64,000 bases of DNA from Candidatus Helarchaeota archaeon (GTDB taxonomy: Archaea; Asgardarchaeota; Lokiarchaeia; Helarchaeales; RDOG01), in NCBI GenBank assembly GCA_019058315.1, contig JAHPZH010000005.1:224001-288000 (forward strand), read 5' to 3'. The position numbers and the translations under genes were made by a program. Below are positions 18,992 through 29,831 of this stretch, piece after piece. The notes below the pieces were generated by a model, which was not told the origin of the DNA, made no database searches, and saw only the letters and a list, made by a program, of their open reading frames with translations. Position 1 is the first letter of the stretch; every line of letters begins with the position of its first letter.

Positions 18992-20413
18992 TTATAATTC
19001 AAACACCATTGGATGTAAGAGATTTTTTGGATCGAGGGCTTTTTTTAATTTCTTTAAAAGCCCAATAAAGCTTGGATTTACTCTATCAAGTGCATAAGGT
19101 TCCCATAGTTTTCCCGTCCAATAAGGTACGCCTCCAAGCTCCATTTCAATTTCTCTTAATTCCTCCCAAGCTTTATAGACTAAATCTTTCTTATTTTTAT
19201 CTCCCAAAAATATAGTTATCCACCCTGAAGTAAAACAGTGATCCACACCTAATGCACTTATAATCCAATTAAAACCATTTTCTTTAAGTTGATATTTATT
19301 TGCCAAAGCGTGAAACTTTTCAACCAGAATTGGTAATGTAGAAATTGGTCTGATATGACAAGTATTATACCAAAACCCTTCTTCAAAGAGAGATTGGACT
19401 AAATTAAACATATTTAGCCAATGAGCTTTTGATAAAAACATCCCAATTGATTTTCCACCATATTTTCTCACGATTTTCTCACAATATTCCCTTTTTATCT
19501 TTGCTATTTCCTCATCTACTTCTTCTATAATTACAGCTAAAATACAATCAAGATTTTTAAATGTTGAGCGATATGATGAAGCTAATAGATCAATTGAATT
19601 TGTATCTCCTAACATAACTGCTTCTTCAACTAAATGATTACTTTGAATTTCATGAAATGCTTTTGTAGCTTGCTCAAGGTTTGAAAATCCAAAGTCTGCA
19701 TATGCAACTCCTTTCGGAACGGGGAAAATTTTCAATGTAGCGGCTGTTTTTATTCCTAAAGTACCATGATCTCCTAAAAATAAACCCGTTAAATCATTAA
19801 AGGTACAATAACGTGCAAAATTTTCTCTCATAATAGGCTCTTTATTTTTCCAATTACTTCCAGTTTTTATAATCTCCCCATTAGGTAGAACAACTTCTAA
19901 TCCAATCACATTATCACAAGCACCACCATTTGCAGAAGCTCCACAACCTATGGAGTTTGCACTTAATGATCCTCCAACAGTTCCTGCGTTTCCACCATAT
20001 GGTCCTCTAAATCCCAGTTTGTAACCTTTTTCTTTCAATAAATGTATAAGCTCGGACCATGTAATACCAGTTTGAACAGTTACCGTCATAATATCCTCAT
20101 TTAATTCCAAGATTTTAGTCATCTTTGTAATATCAATCATTAAAGCATTATCTACTCTTGGAATTGTTGAACCACTAATAGAACTTCTTCCACCTACTGG
20201 TACAACGGGAATTTGCTTTTCCGTTGCAATTTTCATAATCTTTGAAATATGTTCAGTGGTTTCGGGTCTTACTACAATTTGAGGAAGATTACCTTCAAAA
20301 GGAGAGGCATCTTCCGAATAAGAAATGAGTATAAATTTTTCGGACGAAACATTTTCAGATCCTAAAAATGAAGATAATTCAGAACTTAATTCTTTATTTA
20401 TTTCTAAAACCAT
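18992..20413 (-). CDS. FAD-linked oxidase (GlcD family)
   Basis: PQIVVRPETTE, PVGGRSS, GTVGG, GLEVVLPNG, GDHGTLGI, LDPKNLLHP; start set to ATG 20413. Confidence 0.9.
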   Translation of the reverse strand: MVLEINKELSSELSSFLGSENVSSEKFILISYSEDASPFEGNLPQIVVRPETTEHISKIMKIATEKQIPVVPVGGRSSISGSTIPRVDNALMIDITKMTKILELNEDIMTVTVQTGITWSELIHLLKEKGYKLGFRGPYGGNAGTVGGSLSANSIGCGASANGGACDNVIGLEVVLPNGEIIKTGSNWKNKEPIMRENFARYCTFNDLTGLFLGDHGTLGIKTAATLKIFPVPKGVAYADFGFSNLEQATKAFHEIQSNHLVEEAVMLGDTNSIDLLASSYRSTFKNLDCILAVIIEEVDEEIAKIKREYCEKIVRKYGGKSIGMFLSKAHWLNMFNLVQSLFEEGFWYNTCHIRPISTLPILVEKFHALANKYQLKENGFNWIISALGVDHCFTSGWITIFLGDKNKKDLVYKAWEELREIEMELGGVPYWTGKLWEPYALDRVNPSFIGLLKKLKKALDPKNLLHPMVFEL

Positions 20414-20430
20414 ATAAACCACCAATTTTT

Positions 20431-21702
20431 TTATGGCCAATGATTCAATTTGCCGATTTTACCCATTCCCTTAAATAATCGTTTTATTAAACCCTTAATA
20501 AAAGTTCTTCGTCTATAAAGGGCTTTTCCAAAGGTCATATATCCTTTCATTAAAGAGGGAGGACATCCCTTGACAAAAATTGCATCTTTACCTGCCTTTT
20601 GAACATTTTTTCGTTGACAATTTCCCCATAAAATTAATTGTCCTTCATAATCATCAGGTACTTCAGCATGAGCACTTAATAATAATATTTTTTGTCTATA
20701 ATTTGTACCAGCATCATCTCTTAAAGCCCAAACAGGTCCAATATAATTTAACGCACACGTGCTACAAAGATGACCATGAATAACATCTACAGAATCTGGA
20801 GGGAGTTCCAAGATTTCTATTATAGCATCTTTAGTTTCAGCCTCTGTAGGTGCTTTTTCAAATTTTACTTTTACATCCTCTATTTTATCACCAATAACTT
20901 TAATCTTATTTAAATCAGCAATTCCAACACCGTTTTGTTCCGCAAGTTTAATGTGTTCAACTTCTTGAGGTGAAATACCCATGATTTCTGAACTTACGGC
21001 ATCCACAGAAACCGTATTTTTTCCTAATATAATACACCCTACCTCTTTTGGTTTTCCTGTCTGCATAGGTCCAAATCCTTGCAAGCCGACTAGCCCTTCT
21101 ACTAATGTCAAGGTTGGTTTGTTATATTCTAAAAGAATTTTAGATAATTCCGCTATACTTTTACCCAGACCGAATCTATGAAAAATTTTTTTACTTTCGG
21201 AGTGTAAAATTCCTTTTAGATTCTTCATTCCAATACTAACTATTGTGGATCCATGAGTTTTTAACATAGGCATATTAATTAATACTTCGGCATCTAGGAT
21301 GAATTGCGAAATTTGGATCTTCCGATCAAAGAATTTTACTGATTTAAAAGGATATTTGTCAAGATTGATGAGTTTAATATTTGGATCGTTAATAATTTTT
21401 TTCAATTTCATATTTTTATAATTTTTATCTATATTATTATCAACAAATGCACTTTCAGCAACTGTAATTGACTTAGGTTTAAAAGTTTTTAAAGATTGAA
21501 TAACATCAGCAATAAATTGGGGCTTTGTCACTGTCCATTTATTAACTTCTCGCGGTAACCTAGCATCCCAACATGCCAAATTTGGTTTTAGGACAATATC
21601 TTTATTTTCGAACAATTCTGGCTCATTTAGTAGTCCTAGAGCGGATTTCAGCATGTCTGGAGCATCAGTTCCCTTAATGAGAATGACCTCATTTAAATCC
21701 AA
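20431..21702 (-). CDS. DUF362 domain Fe-S protein
   Basis: VLKPNL, VAES, INMPMLKTH, GMKNLKG, VSVDAV, CSTC, GNC, KGCPP. Confidence 0.85.
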   Translation of the reverse strand: MDLNEVILIKGTDAPDMLKSALGLLNEPELFENKDIVLKPNLACWDARLPREVNKWTVTKPQFIADVIQSLKTFKPKSITVAESAFVDNNIDKNYKNMKLKKIINDPNIKLINLDKYPFKSVKFFDRKIQISQFILDAEVLINMPMLKTHGSTIVSIGMKNLKGILHSESKKIFHRFGLGKSIAELSKILLEYNKPTLTLVEGLVGLQGFGPMQTGKPKEVGCIILGKNTVSVDAVSSEIMGISPQEVEHIKLAEQNGVGIADLNKIKVIGDKIEDVKVKFEKAPTEAETKDAIIEILELPPDSVDVIHGHLCSTCALNYIGPVWALRDDAGTNYRQKILLLSAHAEVPDDYEGQLILWGNCQRKNVQKAGKDAIFVKGCPPSLMKGYMTFGKALYRRRTFIKGLIKRLFKGMGKIGKLNHWP

Positions 21703-21886
21703 GAAATAACACCATTTGATTTTGTCTTATTTTCTTCAATTTAAACGAGAGACTGATTTAAATGATATTTATCATTGATGAAATAATTTATTTAGAAAGA
21801 ATATGAATTGAAGATAAATATACAACTCTAGAAAACACAAAATCAAATCAATTAAACAAAGAAAGAAAAATAAGAAAAATAATTTT

Positions 21887-22648
21887 TTATTGAGTTTGAA
21901 CTTTAAAATCTTTCCATAGATAATCAAATATAATTTTTCCTACTCCCCAAGCTAATAATACCCCTGCTATTTCGTCAAGGATATAGTGTTGTTTCACAAA
22001 TAAAGTAGATAATACAACAGCGGCAGCTATAACACAAGTTATAATTGCCAGAACTTTTCTTATTATTGGTTTTGGCGCTTGGGGATGTTCTAATTCTATT
22101 TTCGAATATCTGTACCATGCATAGAAAATAATTACTGAAACTGCAGCATGGAGACTTGGTATACAATTAAACGAAGTATCAATGAGATAATATTCGAACA
22201 TAGTACCTGCCCAAATATTTTGATAAGCCCATTGATTTAACCATAGTTCCAGCCTCCATAAAAATGTTGACACGGGAAAGAAAATGTAAATAATAATAGA
22301 TATTAAATTAATAATCACTAATGACCATCCGAGCGCGTAACCCTTTTCTGAATCAAAGAATCCGAAATATGCCATTGAACTTATTACTGTTGTATAAAAA
22401 ATATAGACATAAACTATTGAGAATTCAGGTATAAATGGAATTGAGTTATCTCCAAGGAAATTTAGTCGATTTCCTTCCCATACAGGATAGATACTTCCCG
22501 TCCAGTTATAAGCTATTGTATTTAAAAGAATAAAAAATATAAGCAACATTAAAATTACATTTGCTATCACATAAGTTAGCCATTTACTCCAACCACTCGA
22601 TTCTCCTTTAAAAAATGCTTTTTCAATCCAATTTTGAAACTTTTCCAT
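21887..22648 (-). CDS. PAP2-family (Aur1-like) membrane phosphatase
   Basis: NCIPSLH, STLFVKQHYILD. Confidence 0.85.
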   Translation of the reverse strand: MEKFQNWIEKAFFKGESSGWSKWLTYVIANVILMLLIFFILLNTIAYNWTGSIYPVWEGNRLNFLGDNSIPFIPEFSIVYVYIFYTTVISSMAYFGFFDSEKGYALGWSLVIINLISIIIYIFFPVSTFLWRLELWLNQWAYQNIWAGTMFEYYLIDTSFNCIPSLHAAVSVIIFYAWYRYSKIELEHPQAPKPIIRKVLAIITCVIAAAVVLSTLFVKQHYILDEIAGVLLAWGVGKIIFDYLWKDFKVQTQ

Positions 22649-22731
22649 AATTGCACCCTAATTTCACAATACAAAATCTAATAATAATTTTTTCATAAAA
22701 AAAAGAATAAAAATTTGAGACGTTTTAGAGG

Positions 22732-24228
22732 TTATAATCGTTCCCAGATCGGTGAAATTCTTTCATCCTTTTCTTTTCCGAGTATAACAGGCGTAATATT
22801 AGCTATCTCACAGTAATAAATTAGTGTTTGAATATAATTTCCATGAACAGCTAATATATGATTACATGGAAAAGTAGATAAAAACTCCTCAAACTTACAA
22901 TTTAATCGAGTCCATACATGAGGCCATGTTGGGTTTGTTTCATCAGCTAATTTTTTACTTTGTTCTTCTGGCAAATCTAAACTTTCGCCTAATACAATAA
23001 CCATATATAGTTTATCATTATCCCATAGTCCTAATCTACAAAACGTCATTTTTCCTGGGGCGGCATCGAACTCTACACTTGCACCTCCTGCTTTAAAATA
23101 CAATTCCAAAGCTGGATGGAAAGTAATTTTAGAAAAATTCTCCTTTGGATCAAAACTGCGACTCGCATAGTAACTTGAGTGGTTACCAGAATTGCAAAAA
23201 TCCCACAAATCTAAATCTGGATGATATAATCTAACATCCATAAATAACGCAGGCAAACCGCCTGAGATATATTTAAGTATTTGCATTGTTATCGCAGCAT
23301 AAGCATCAGCTTCGGTGGAACATACCACTGTCTCTTTTCTGCCATTCCAATCGTAAGGATCATTAGATATCATTTCAGGAACATCCCCTAAGCAAACATA
23401 TTCGGTTAGTTCTCTCTGACCTTTTAGTCCGCAAAAATCAAACCCCTTTTCCTTATTTACCATTTGCATAGCTAGATATAATCTAATTTGGGTTTTTAGT
23501 GTGTCTGGAGTTAAAATTTTTCCATCATACTTTAATCTTTCCCCTAATATATCTTCAAACCACTTTAATCCTTTTTCTACCTCAGCTTCATCAACTTCTT
23601 TCATTTTTTCCAATAACCAAAGTTGATCTATTTGTCGCCCAGTAAGCCCTAGCGTTCTTATGGTTGGTGTAAGATGAAAATACCCTGTTTCCATGCCCAT
23701 AGAATGACCACCATAAATACCGAATACCTCATTTTTCATGGTTGCATAAGCTTGAGAGGCTCTTATCCACGCAAAGACTTTATCTTGTGTCTTTTTATCG
23801 TTAATATCCCCTACAATTCGATGAGTACGAATACCAACTTGACGAAGTGCACCATCAGTTGCAAGTAGACCAACATTTCCAGGGAATTCACCGTTGTTAT
23901 TTGATAAATTTAAAATTGGTTTATCAGTTCCAATGGTTTGAATAAAAGGCCAAACCAAAAATGGAAAATTCCAGACATTATAGCAAAGAATTACAATTTT
24001 TACATTAGCTTTTGTTAGTTCTTCCCCTATTTCTTGAGCTATTCTGACCGAGGTAATAATTTTCGAACCAACTATTATTTCTGGAGAGGTTCCATCTATA
24101 TTTTTTATATTATTTTTAATTAAATCCGCCCATCTTTTTACAACGTTCATATTCAACTCATTATTAGTGCGATAAACGTGTTCTCTTTCATCATTTAACA
24201 TTACTAAGCCAATAGTTGAACTTCTCAT
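22732..24228 (-). CDS. L-fucose/L-arabinose isomerase family protein
   Basis: W.FP, GGHSMGM, KGQREL, STEADA, MDVR, NSG, TNPTWPH, CNH. Confidence 0.85.
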   Translation of the reverse strand: MRSSTIGLVMLNDEREHVYRTNNELNMNVVKRWADLIKNNIKNIDGTSPEIIVGSKIITSVRIAQEIGEELTKANVKIVILCYNVWNFPFLVWPFIQTIGTDKPILNLSNNNGEFPGNVGLLATDGALRQVGIRTHRIVGDINDKKTQDKVFAWIRASQAYATMKNEVFGIYGGHSMGMETGYFHLTPTIRTLGLTGRQIDQLWLLEKMKEVDEAEVEKGLKWFEDILGERLKYDGKILTPDTLKTQIRLYLAMQMVNKEKGFDFCGLKGQRELTEYVCLGDVPEMISNDPYDWNGRKETVVCSTEADAYAAITMQILKYISGGLPALFMDVRLYHPDLDLWDFCNSGNHSSYYASRSFDPKENFSKITFHPALELYFKAGGASVEFDAAPGKMTFCRLGLWDNDKLYMVIVLGESLDLPEEQSKKLADETNPTWPHVWTRLNCKFEEFLSTFPCNHILAVHGNYIQTLIYYCEIANITPVILGKEKDERISPIWERL

Positions 24229-24324
24229 GAGCTCACCTCATAAGCTAATATTTATTTTTAATTTTTATTACTTACAAATTAAGGAAATTTTATTTGATAT
24301 TTTATTTTTGCATTTTACAAAACA

Positions 24325-24367
24325 TTTAAATAGTAGAGATCTACTATCACATTGTAGAGATCTACAA
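24325..24367 (+). promoter_or_regulatory. TATA box plus two tandem palindromic operator sites (GTAGA-GA-TCTAC)
   Basis: TTTAAATA 24325; ATAGTAGA-GA-TCTACTAT 24330-24347; TTGTAGA-GA-TCTACAA 24352-24367; 21-bp period. Confidence 0.75.
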
Positions 24368-24416
24368 AAAAAGATCTATTAAAATAAAAAAGACAAATCT
24401 AAAAGAGGCATTATTA

Positions 24417-25007
24417 ATGATACATAAAGGAAAAAAGATGAAATATCCGGTTAATAAACAAGTTATAAAAGATTTTGATTTTTTTGGCTTTGCTCCCAAA
24501 ATGTTTAGTCATGTTGAAAAATATTTTAAGCCAAATATGAAAATATTAGACGTTGGGACAGGTAACGGTGTCGTTGCAAGATTTTTAGCTTTAAAACTTA
24601 AAAATGCATCTAATAATTCCGGAAAAGTTTTTTCTATTGATATTTCAGATAAACTACAGGAAGTAATTATGGAAATTCTTGAAGAAGAACAACTCAGCAA
24701 ATATGTGGAATTACTTATTACTGATATAGAAAATAATTCGTTTGAAGACTCATCTTTTGATTTGATTGTGACAGCAAACGCATTACATCATTTTTCAAAC
24801 CCAGAAAAGGCTTTAAATCAAATGTTGAGAATCCTAAAAGATGATGGAATTCTCTGTATGATTGATTGGTCTAAAAAAGCCAGATTTTTACCTCATAAGA
24901 AAGAAGATTTATTTAATTTGGAAGATTTTAAGGAAATAGCTAAATCGAAAAATATCATCGATGAATATTCGGAACGCTTATGGTGGTTTGTGGCACTAAA
25001 AAAATGA
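24417..25007 (+). CDS. Class I SAM-dependent methyltransferase
   Basis: ILDVGTGNG, SIDIS, FDLIVTANALHH. Confidence 0.9.
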   Translation: MIHKGKKMKYPVNKQVIKDFDFFGFAPKMFSHVEKYFKPNMKILDVGTGNGVVARFLALKLKNASNNSGKVFSIDISDKLQEVIMEILEEEQLSKYVELLITDIENNSFEDSSFDLIVTANALHHFSNPEKALNQMLRILKDDGILCMIDWSKKARFLPHKKEDLFNLEDFKEIAKSKNIIDEYSERLWWFVALKK

Positions 25008-25132
25008 TTCTTCAATAACTTATATTCTCAATAATTTTTTTTAATTTTAAAATTATATTCAGAAAAAATATTAGATAAATGGTGGAATTTGAGAATCAAA
25101 CATTTATAAACTTGTTTAATATAATTAAAACC

Positions 25133-26557
25133 TTAACTTTGTTGTTTTAATTTTAGTTGATTAGCTCTTTCATCTAGTATTTCTTTTATAACTTGTCTAT
25201 CATTATGATACCATTTTAAAGCCATCATCCAAAAAATTATTCCAGGTATGCCAAATGATAGAGTCACTACAGATGTGATTTGAAAGTTTTGGTTATTTAA
25301 AGCAAGGAGGACGCCACCTAGAAGTGGTCCGATCCCAGTTCCTAAAGTTTCGACGAATTGGTTCCAAGAAACTATTTGTCCTTGCGCTTCTGGAAGATTA
25401 ATATTTTGTAGAAGCGGAGCTTGATTAACATCATAAAGCCCCATTACAGAAAATACAATAATTATGCCAATACCAAAAATCCAAATAGAAGGAAAGGTAA
25501 ATAATAATAAAATATCAAGACCTTGTTGGGGATTTAAATTTGGTAAAGGAATAAAGAAAAATAAACCAAAGGTAAGAAGTGAAATAGATAAACTGAATAT
25601 AATAAATTTTATCCTCCTAGGAGGGTTATTTGCTGCGAATTTGTCAGACAATTTTGCAAATACTTGACCAAGGAATGCACCAGCAATACCAAATGTTATA
25701 AGAAGAAAACTTATCATAACACCAGAGATATTATGAGGAGGTAATTCGGTATATGGTACGACTAAAGCAAAGAAAACCCCCAATATTATACAACTAAAAA
25801 CCCCTTCTAGAAGGGCAGCAATATTAGTTTTACTTAACATGGTTTTTCTCATTATTTCTCTGGTCATTTGGAAATCATAAATAATTGATTCATCTTTTAG
25901 AATCTCTGATAGTTGCTCTTCTTTAGCCCCTCGTTTAGGTTCTTCAGTAAATATCCAAAAAATAATAGAAGCTATTATAGTCATCACCCCAGTAAACCTT
26001 AAAAATTCCCTCCAAAATCCTGTTTGAAATGCAAATGCGCTAACTAGAAACCCTAGAAATTGAAAAACGGCCCAAATTATACCTAATATTCCGAAAAATT
26101 GAGATCTTTGATTTTTTCTAAGCACATCATTTGACAAAGAAACTTGTGCTGGTCGGTTTCCTCCACCGAAAAATGAACTAATAGTCATAAATGTTAAAAA
26201 ATATCCCCAAGTTTCGTATCCTAAACCTTCTTGGGCAAAACTTATGAAGATTCTCGTTGATCCGATAATTATTGATATTACGGCTAAGATAATCTTACGT
26301 GAACCTCGATCAATGAATTTACCAAGTAATATACCAGAAACTGCGGCAGTCAAAGAAGTAACTGTCATGATTAACCCCATTTCAACTGCATGAAAGTTCT
26401 GATATGGCCAAAATAAATTAGATAAGGGGACGATATTAATCCAAAATATTGATCTGCTAAAGACTTGAAAGGAAACCATTATGAAAAAAGCCCAGAATTT
26501 TTTGGCAATTGAACTTTCTGATTTGTTATTTTGTTCTTTTTTCATTAAAATGCACAT
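25133..26557 (-). CDS. MFS transporter
   Basis: About 12 TM helices, GKFIDRGSRK motif A, EEPKRGA. Confidence 0.85.
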   Translation of the reverse strand: MCILMKKEQNNKSESSIAKKFWAFFIMVSFQVFSRSIFWINIVPLSNLFWPYQNFHAVEMGLIMTVTSLTAAVSGILLGKFIDRGSRKIILAVISIIIGSTRIFISFAQEGLGYETWGYFLTFMTISSFFGGGNRPAQVSLSNDVLRKNQRSQFFGILGIIWAVFQFLGFLVSAFAFQTGFWREFLRFTGVMTIIASIIFWIFTEEPKRGAKEEQLSEILKDESIIYDFQMTREIMRKTMLSKTNIAALLEGVFSCIILGVFFALVVPYTELPPHNISGVMISFLLITFGIAGAFLGQVFAKLSDKFAANNPPRRIKFIIFSLSISLLTFGLFFFIPLPNLNPQQGLDILLLFTFPSIWIFGIGIIIVFSVMGLYDVNQAPLLQNINLPEAQGQIVSWNQFVETLGTGIGPLLGGVLLALNNQNFQITSVVTLSFGIPGIIFWMMALKWYHNDRQVIKEILDERANQLKLKQQS

Positions 26558-26768
26558 TTAACTAAAAACTATAATTATGATTGTTTAATGAAAAATTGAA
26601 TACAATTTATTTAAAAAAATTGTATAAGTAGTGCAACAGTTTTAGAGATTAAAAATCGAGAATTAAAAGATTTAAATTATGGAAAAAAAAGGAAAATGTT
26701 ATAAATTTACTCATATAATATAATTTTACCATTAAAAACTATATTAAATAAAAAAATAGTGATTAAAA

Positions 26769-26954
26769 ATGGCAGTTGATAGAGAACAAGCAGAAAAAGT
26801 AATTTTAATAATTTGGTTAATCGGTTTGATATTTTTATGGGTTACTTATCCATTCTTACCTGGTGAATTTTGGTTTTGGTTCTATCTAGCCATAGGCTGG
26901 TCTATAGCAGGCGGTATTTTAGCATTAATCTTGATTTTAACTAGACCAAAGTGA
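26769..26954 (+). CDS. Small two-TM membrane protein
   Basis: 61 aa, GTGAT upstream, two hydrophobic helices. Confidence 0.7.
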   Translation: MAVDREQAEKVILIIWLIGLIFLWVTYPFLPGEFWFWFYLAIGWSIAGGILALILILTRPK

Positions 26955-27038
26955 ATGGAAAATAGCATTTTCTTTATTTTTTTATTTTTACACAAAGAAT
27001 AATCTGGAATATTTGCACATTTGTAGCTCATATTTGAA

Positions 27039-28247
27039 CTATTCAACAATCAAATACATTGTCGGATCTTCTTTTTGAACTTCTATTGGTCTTCTAAATC
27101 TTAAGATAAATGGATGGATTCCTTGTGGATAGTTGCTAAAAGTTGGGATGTATGATTCAGTTTCTTTAGAAATACCTAATTTATAACCACTTGTCTTAAC
27201 TGGTGCAAATAATGCAGTTCCCATCGGAGTAATTATATATAATGAAACGCCTTCAAGACATCGACGATTATAGTCCCATTTTGAAACCTTAATATATAAT
27301 TTTTCCAAAGCTCGTTGTGACCAGCTCCCAACCTTTTCAAAAGTTTCCCAAGATATGGGCCAATTATTTCCAAGATTATTTGGATATTCTAAATTATCCG
27401 GCATTATTAATTCATGAGTCCACATTCCAATTGATGTAATATGATTAGAAAAATCGGATGGGTCTGTGAACATCGTACCCCAATCATTAAATAACACAGA
27501 ATTCATATCTTTCAAAGTATAAGCCAAGACTAAATTTTGAAGGGGACATCGGCTAATTTTATTAAGCGCAAATTGGAAATCTTTGAAAATTAATAGTTCT
27601 CCTGTATCTAATTTATAAGGACCGTGGTCAAGAATACCTGCTCTGCACTCACATTTATCTAAAAAACCATAATTGGATATATTAGCAATAATTCTCTTAA
27701 ATCCTTTAATCTGCTTTTTATTTACTTCAAACATTTCCCCTCTAAACCGTTCTACTAATTTTTTATCAAGAAAACGCAAATTCTTATCTTTACTATGATC
27801 TACTAATAGTAAATGGTCATTTCTGTAATGTGGGTTTAAATTTCTAAAAAAGTCTAGAATGAATTTAGTTTCTTCCTTCTTTTCTTCAGGCTCCTTTTCA
27901 GGTCCTCCCCAATCATGGATCCATTGCCCGCGACCATGAAGATAAAGCATTGCGAAAGATTGAAAGGCAAGCCCATTTAAACTGCTACCAACAGTTTTAC
28001 ATTTTAAACCAATATCTCGAGGATCTAATCCCCCATTTTCAACGGCGTTCTTAACAATATTATATTGATATGACTGCCCGTAGAGTTGATGACAAGCAAT
28101 ACCAATATAGGTAGAAACAGGGAAAAGTTGACTTTCAATTATATCTCTACCTTCTAAATTCTTTCGTACATTTTCATCCATTATTTTAATTAATTCATTA
28201 GCTTCTTCAGTAGAAATGTTACTCTGCCAAACCATTAAATCACTCAA
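27039..28247 (-). CDS. Hypothetical protein (402 aa)
   Basis: Long ORF; ECRAGILDHGPY and FNDWGTMF conserved-looking motifs; function unknown. Confidence 0.75.
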   Translation of the reverse strand: MSDLMVWQSNISTEEANELIKIMDENVRKNLEGRDIIESQLFPVSTYIGIACHQLYGQSYQYNIVKNAVENGGLDPRDIGLKCKTVGSSLNGLAFQSFAMLYLHGRGQWIHDWGGPEKEPEEKKEETKFILDFFRNLNPHYRNDHLLLVDHSKDKNLRFLDKKLVERFRGEMFEVNKKQIKGFKRIIANISNYGFLDKCECRAGILDHGPYKLDTGELLIFKDFQFALNKISRCPLQNLVLAYTLKDMNSVLFNDWGTMFTDPSDFSNHITSIGMWTHELIMPDNLEYPNNLGNNWPISWETFEKVGSWSQRALEKLYIKVSKWDYNRRCLEGVSLYIITPMGTALFAPVKTSGYKLGISKETESYIPTFSNYPQGIHPFILRFRRPIEVQKEDPTMYLIVE

Positions 28248-28256
28248 ATAATACTA

Positions 28257-29219
28257 TTATTTATAACGTGTTGATTTCAAGTACTCTGATATTCCGTAAC
28301 CTTTTTTGCCATCCATTTCAAATTCCACAATTTGTTCGTGAACTTCTGCATATCCTTGGTCAGTTTGACGTTGTAAATGAAACGACGTCCATGTATGTGA
28401 TATTATTGTGAGTTGCCGAGTCGGAGTTGTGATCTTGAATGTAGAAGATTTTGGAACAGAGGCTTTTCCTTCATATCCATATTCAGTTTCTATGTCTAAA
28501 TCGATTATTTGTTCGTGTCCTTTGGCAGTAGAGATGAATCCTTGTTTAATAATTTTACCAATAACTTCCACTCTTGAAGAATTGATGGTGCAATCGTCAA
28601 ACTGACAGGCTATCCAGTTCCATTTATCAATTTTAATCCAGTCTCTCATACCCCAAGAATGATCACGATGTCCATAACAATTAATCTGTCGCTCTTCTTT
28701 AATTTGACCTTTTTCTTTTAGTTTTACAACACCTGTAGCGTTCATACCTTGTTCATAGTGTCTTGATGCAGCAATTTTCAGAATTTCCATACCATATTTC
28801 TTCAATGTTTCCATAGGGTCTTCTTGACTCCCATAAACATAAGGTGAGAAACGCTCTTTATACAAAATATCAGCTTCATATTTATCACCGTTAAACAAAA
28901 TACGCCATTTTTTCAAGGGTTCCAAACACTCATATTTCAATTTATCATCCCCATAAATTTCATCACTTTGAAACCCTTCAACCTTTAAAGCATTGAAATA
29001 TTCTACTTTTTTTCCATCTACCACGAGAAGAAGCATGACATCCAGTTCTTTTTCTCCCAATCTAAATCCAACACGAGTAACCAGATGAACATTAGCATTA
29101 AAATCCATAAAATTAAAGTACCAACTCTCATTATGGTATTGAGGGTATTTCCTTAAAATATGCTTGAATTCATCCTTCTCTGTAATAGTAAAATATTTTC
29201 GAGATCTTTTACTTTTCAT
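28257..29219 (-). CDS. AttH/CrtC-like double beta-barrel protein (DUF7064/7065-like)
   Basis: NESWYFNF, RHYEQ, GHRDHSWGMRDW, GYGISEY. Confidence 0.65.
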   Translation of the reverse strand: MKSKRSRKYFTITEKDEFKHILRKYPQYHNESWYFNFMDFNANVHLVTRVGFRLGEKELDVMLLLVVDGKKVEYFNALKVEGFQSDEIYGDDKLKYECLEPLKKWRILFNGDKYEADILYKERFSPYVYGSQEDPMETLKKYGMEILKIAASRHYEQGMNATGVVKLKEKGQIKEERQINCYGHRDHSWGMRDWIKIDKWNWIACQFDDCTINSSRVEVIGKIIKQGFISTAKGHEQIIDLDIETEYGYEGKASVPKSSTFKITTPTRQLTIISHTWTSFHLQRQTDQGYAEVHEQIVEFEMDGKKGYGISEYLKSTRYK

Positions 29220-29443
29220 ATTCTCACATTCTTCTTTTTTTAGGAATCTTACATTATCCTATCTAATTGTTTATATAAATCATTATTGATGATAGAATAC
29301 TATTTTTGAACCTGACCTATATCTTTTATCATTAAGTTGAGCACCAATTCCAATTTTAAAAATTTATATAAGGAAATTAATGGAATCTTTAACGTCGAAA
29401 AATAAAAAATAGCTACCCTTTCTTTTTAAAGGATTGATGGTTT

Positions 29444-29767
29444 TTGACCAAAAAAGATATTAAAAATCAGCTGAACTGTTGTAAAAAGCCCAATTTAGAA
29501 ACCATTAAAGCGATTTATGAATCCAATCATGATTTAGAAACACTTCAAAAATGTAAAAATTGTGGAAGTTATTGGTTTTATCGATATCATGAATATAAGG
29601 ATGATTGGACTGTTTGGTATTCTCTTCTAACTCAAGTTGAAGGGAAAAAAATTCTGGACGCAAAAGATAAGCCAGATTTATCCTTTTTAAACGATAAACT
29701 TAGTATTATGGAAGATTCAGAAGGTGTTAAACAAGTTAAGGGACAACCAACTCATCCATGGAGTTAA
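29444..29767 (+). CDS. Small Cys-containing hypothetical protein
   Basis: CC..P and CKNCG motifs; TTG start. Confidence 0.6.
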   Translation: MTKKDIKNQLNCCKKPNLETIKAIYESNHDLETLQKCKNCGSYWFYRYHEYKDDWTVWYSLLTQVEGKKILDAKDKPDLSFLNDKLSIMEDSEGVKQVKGQPTHPWS

Positions 29768-29831
29768 GTTACCAAAATATATAATTTAATAACAAAGAAA
29801 TTATAAGAAAGTTAAGTCGGAGGTAGAATAT

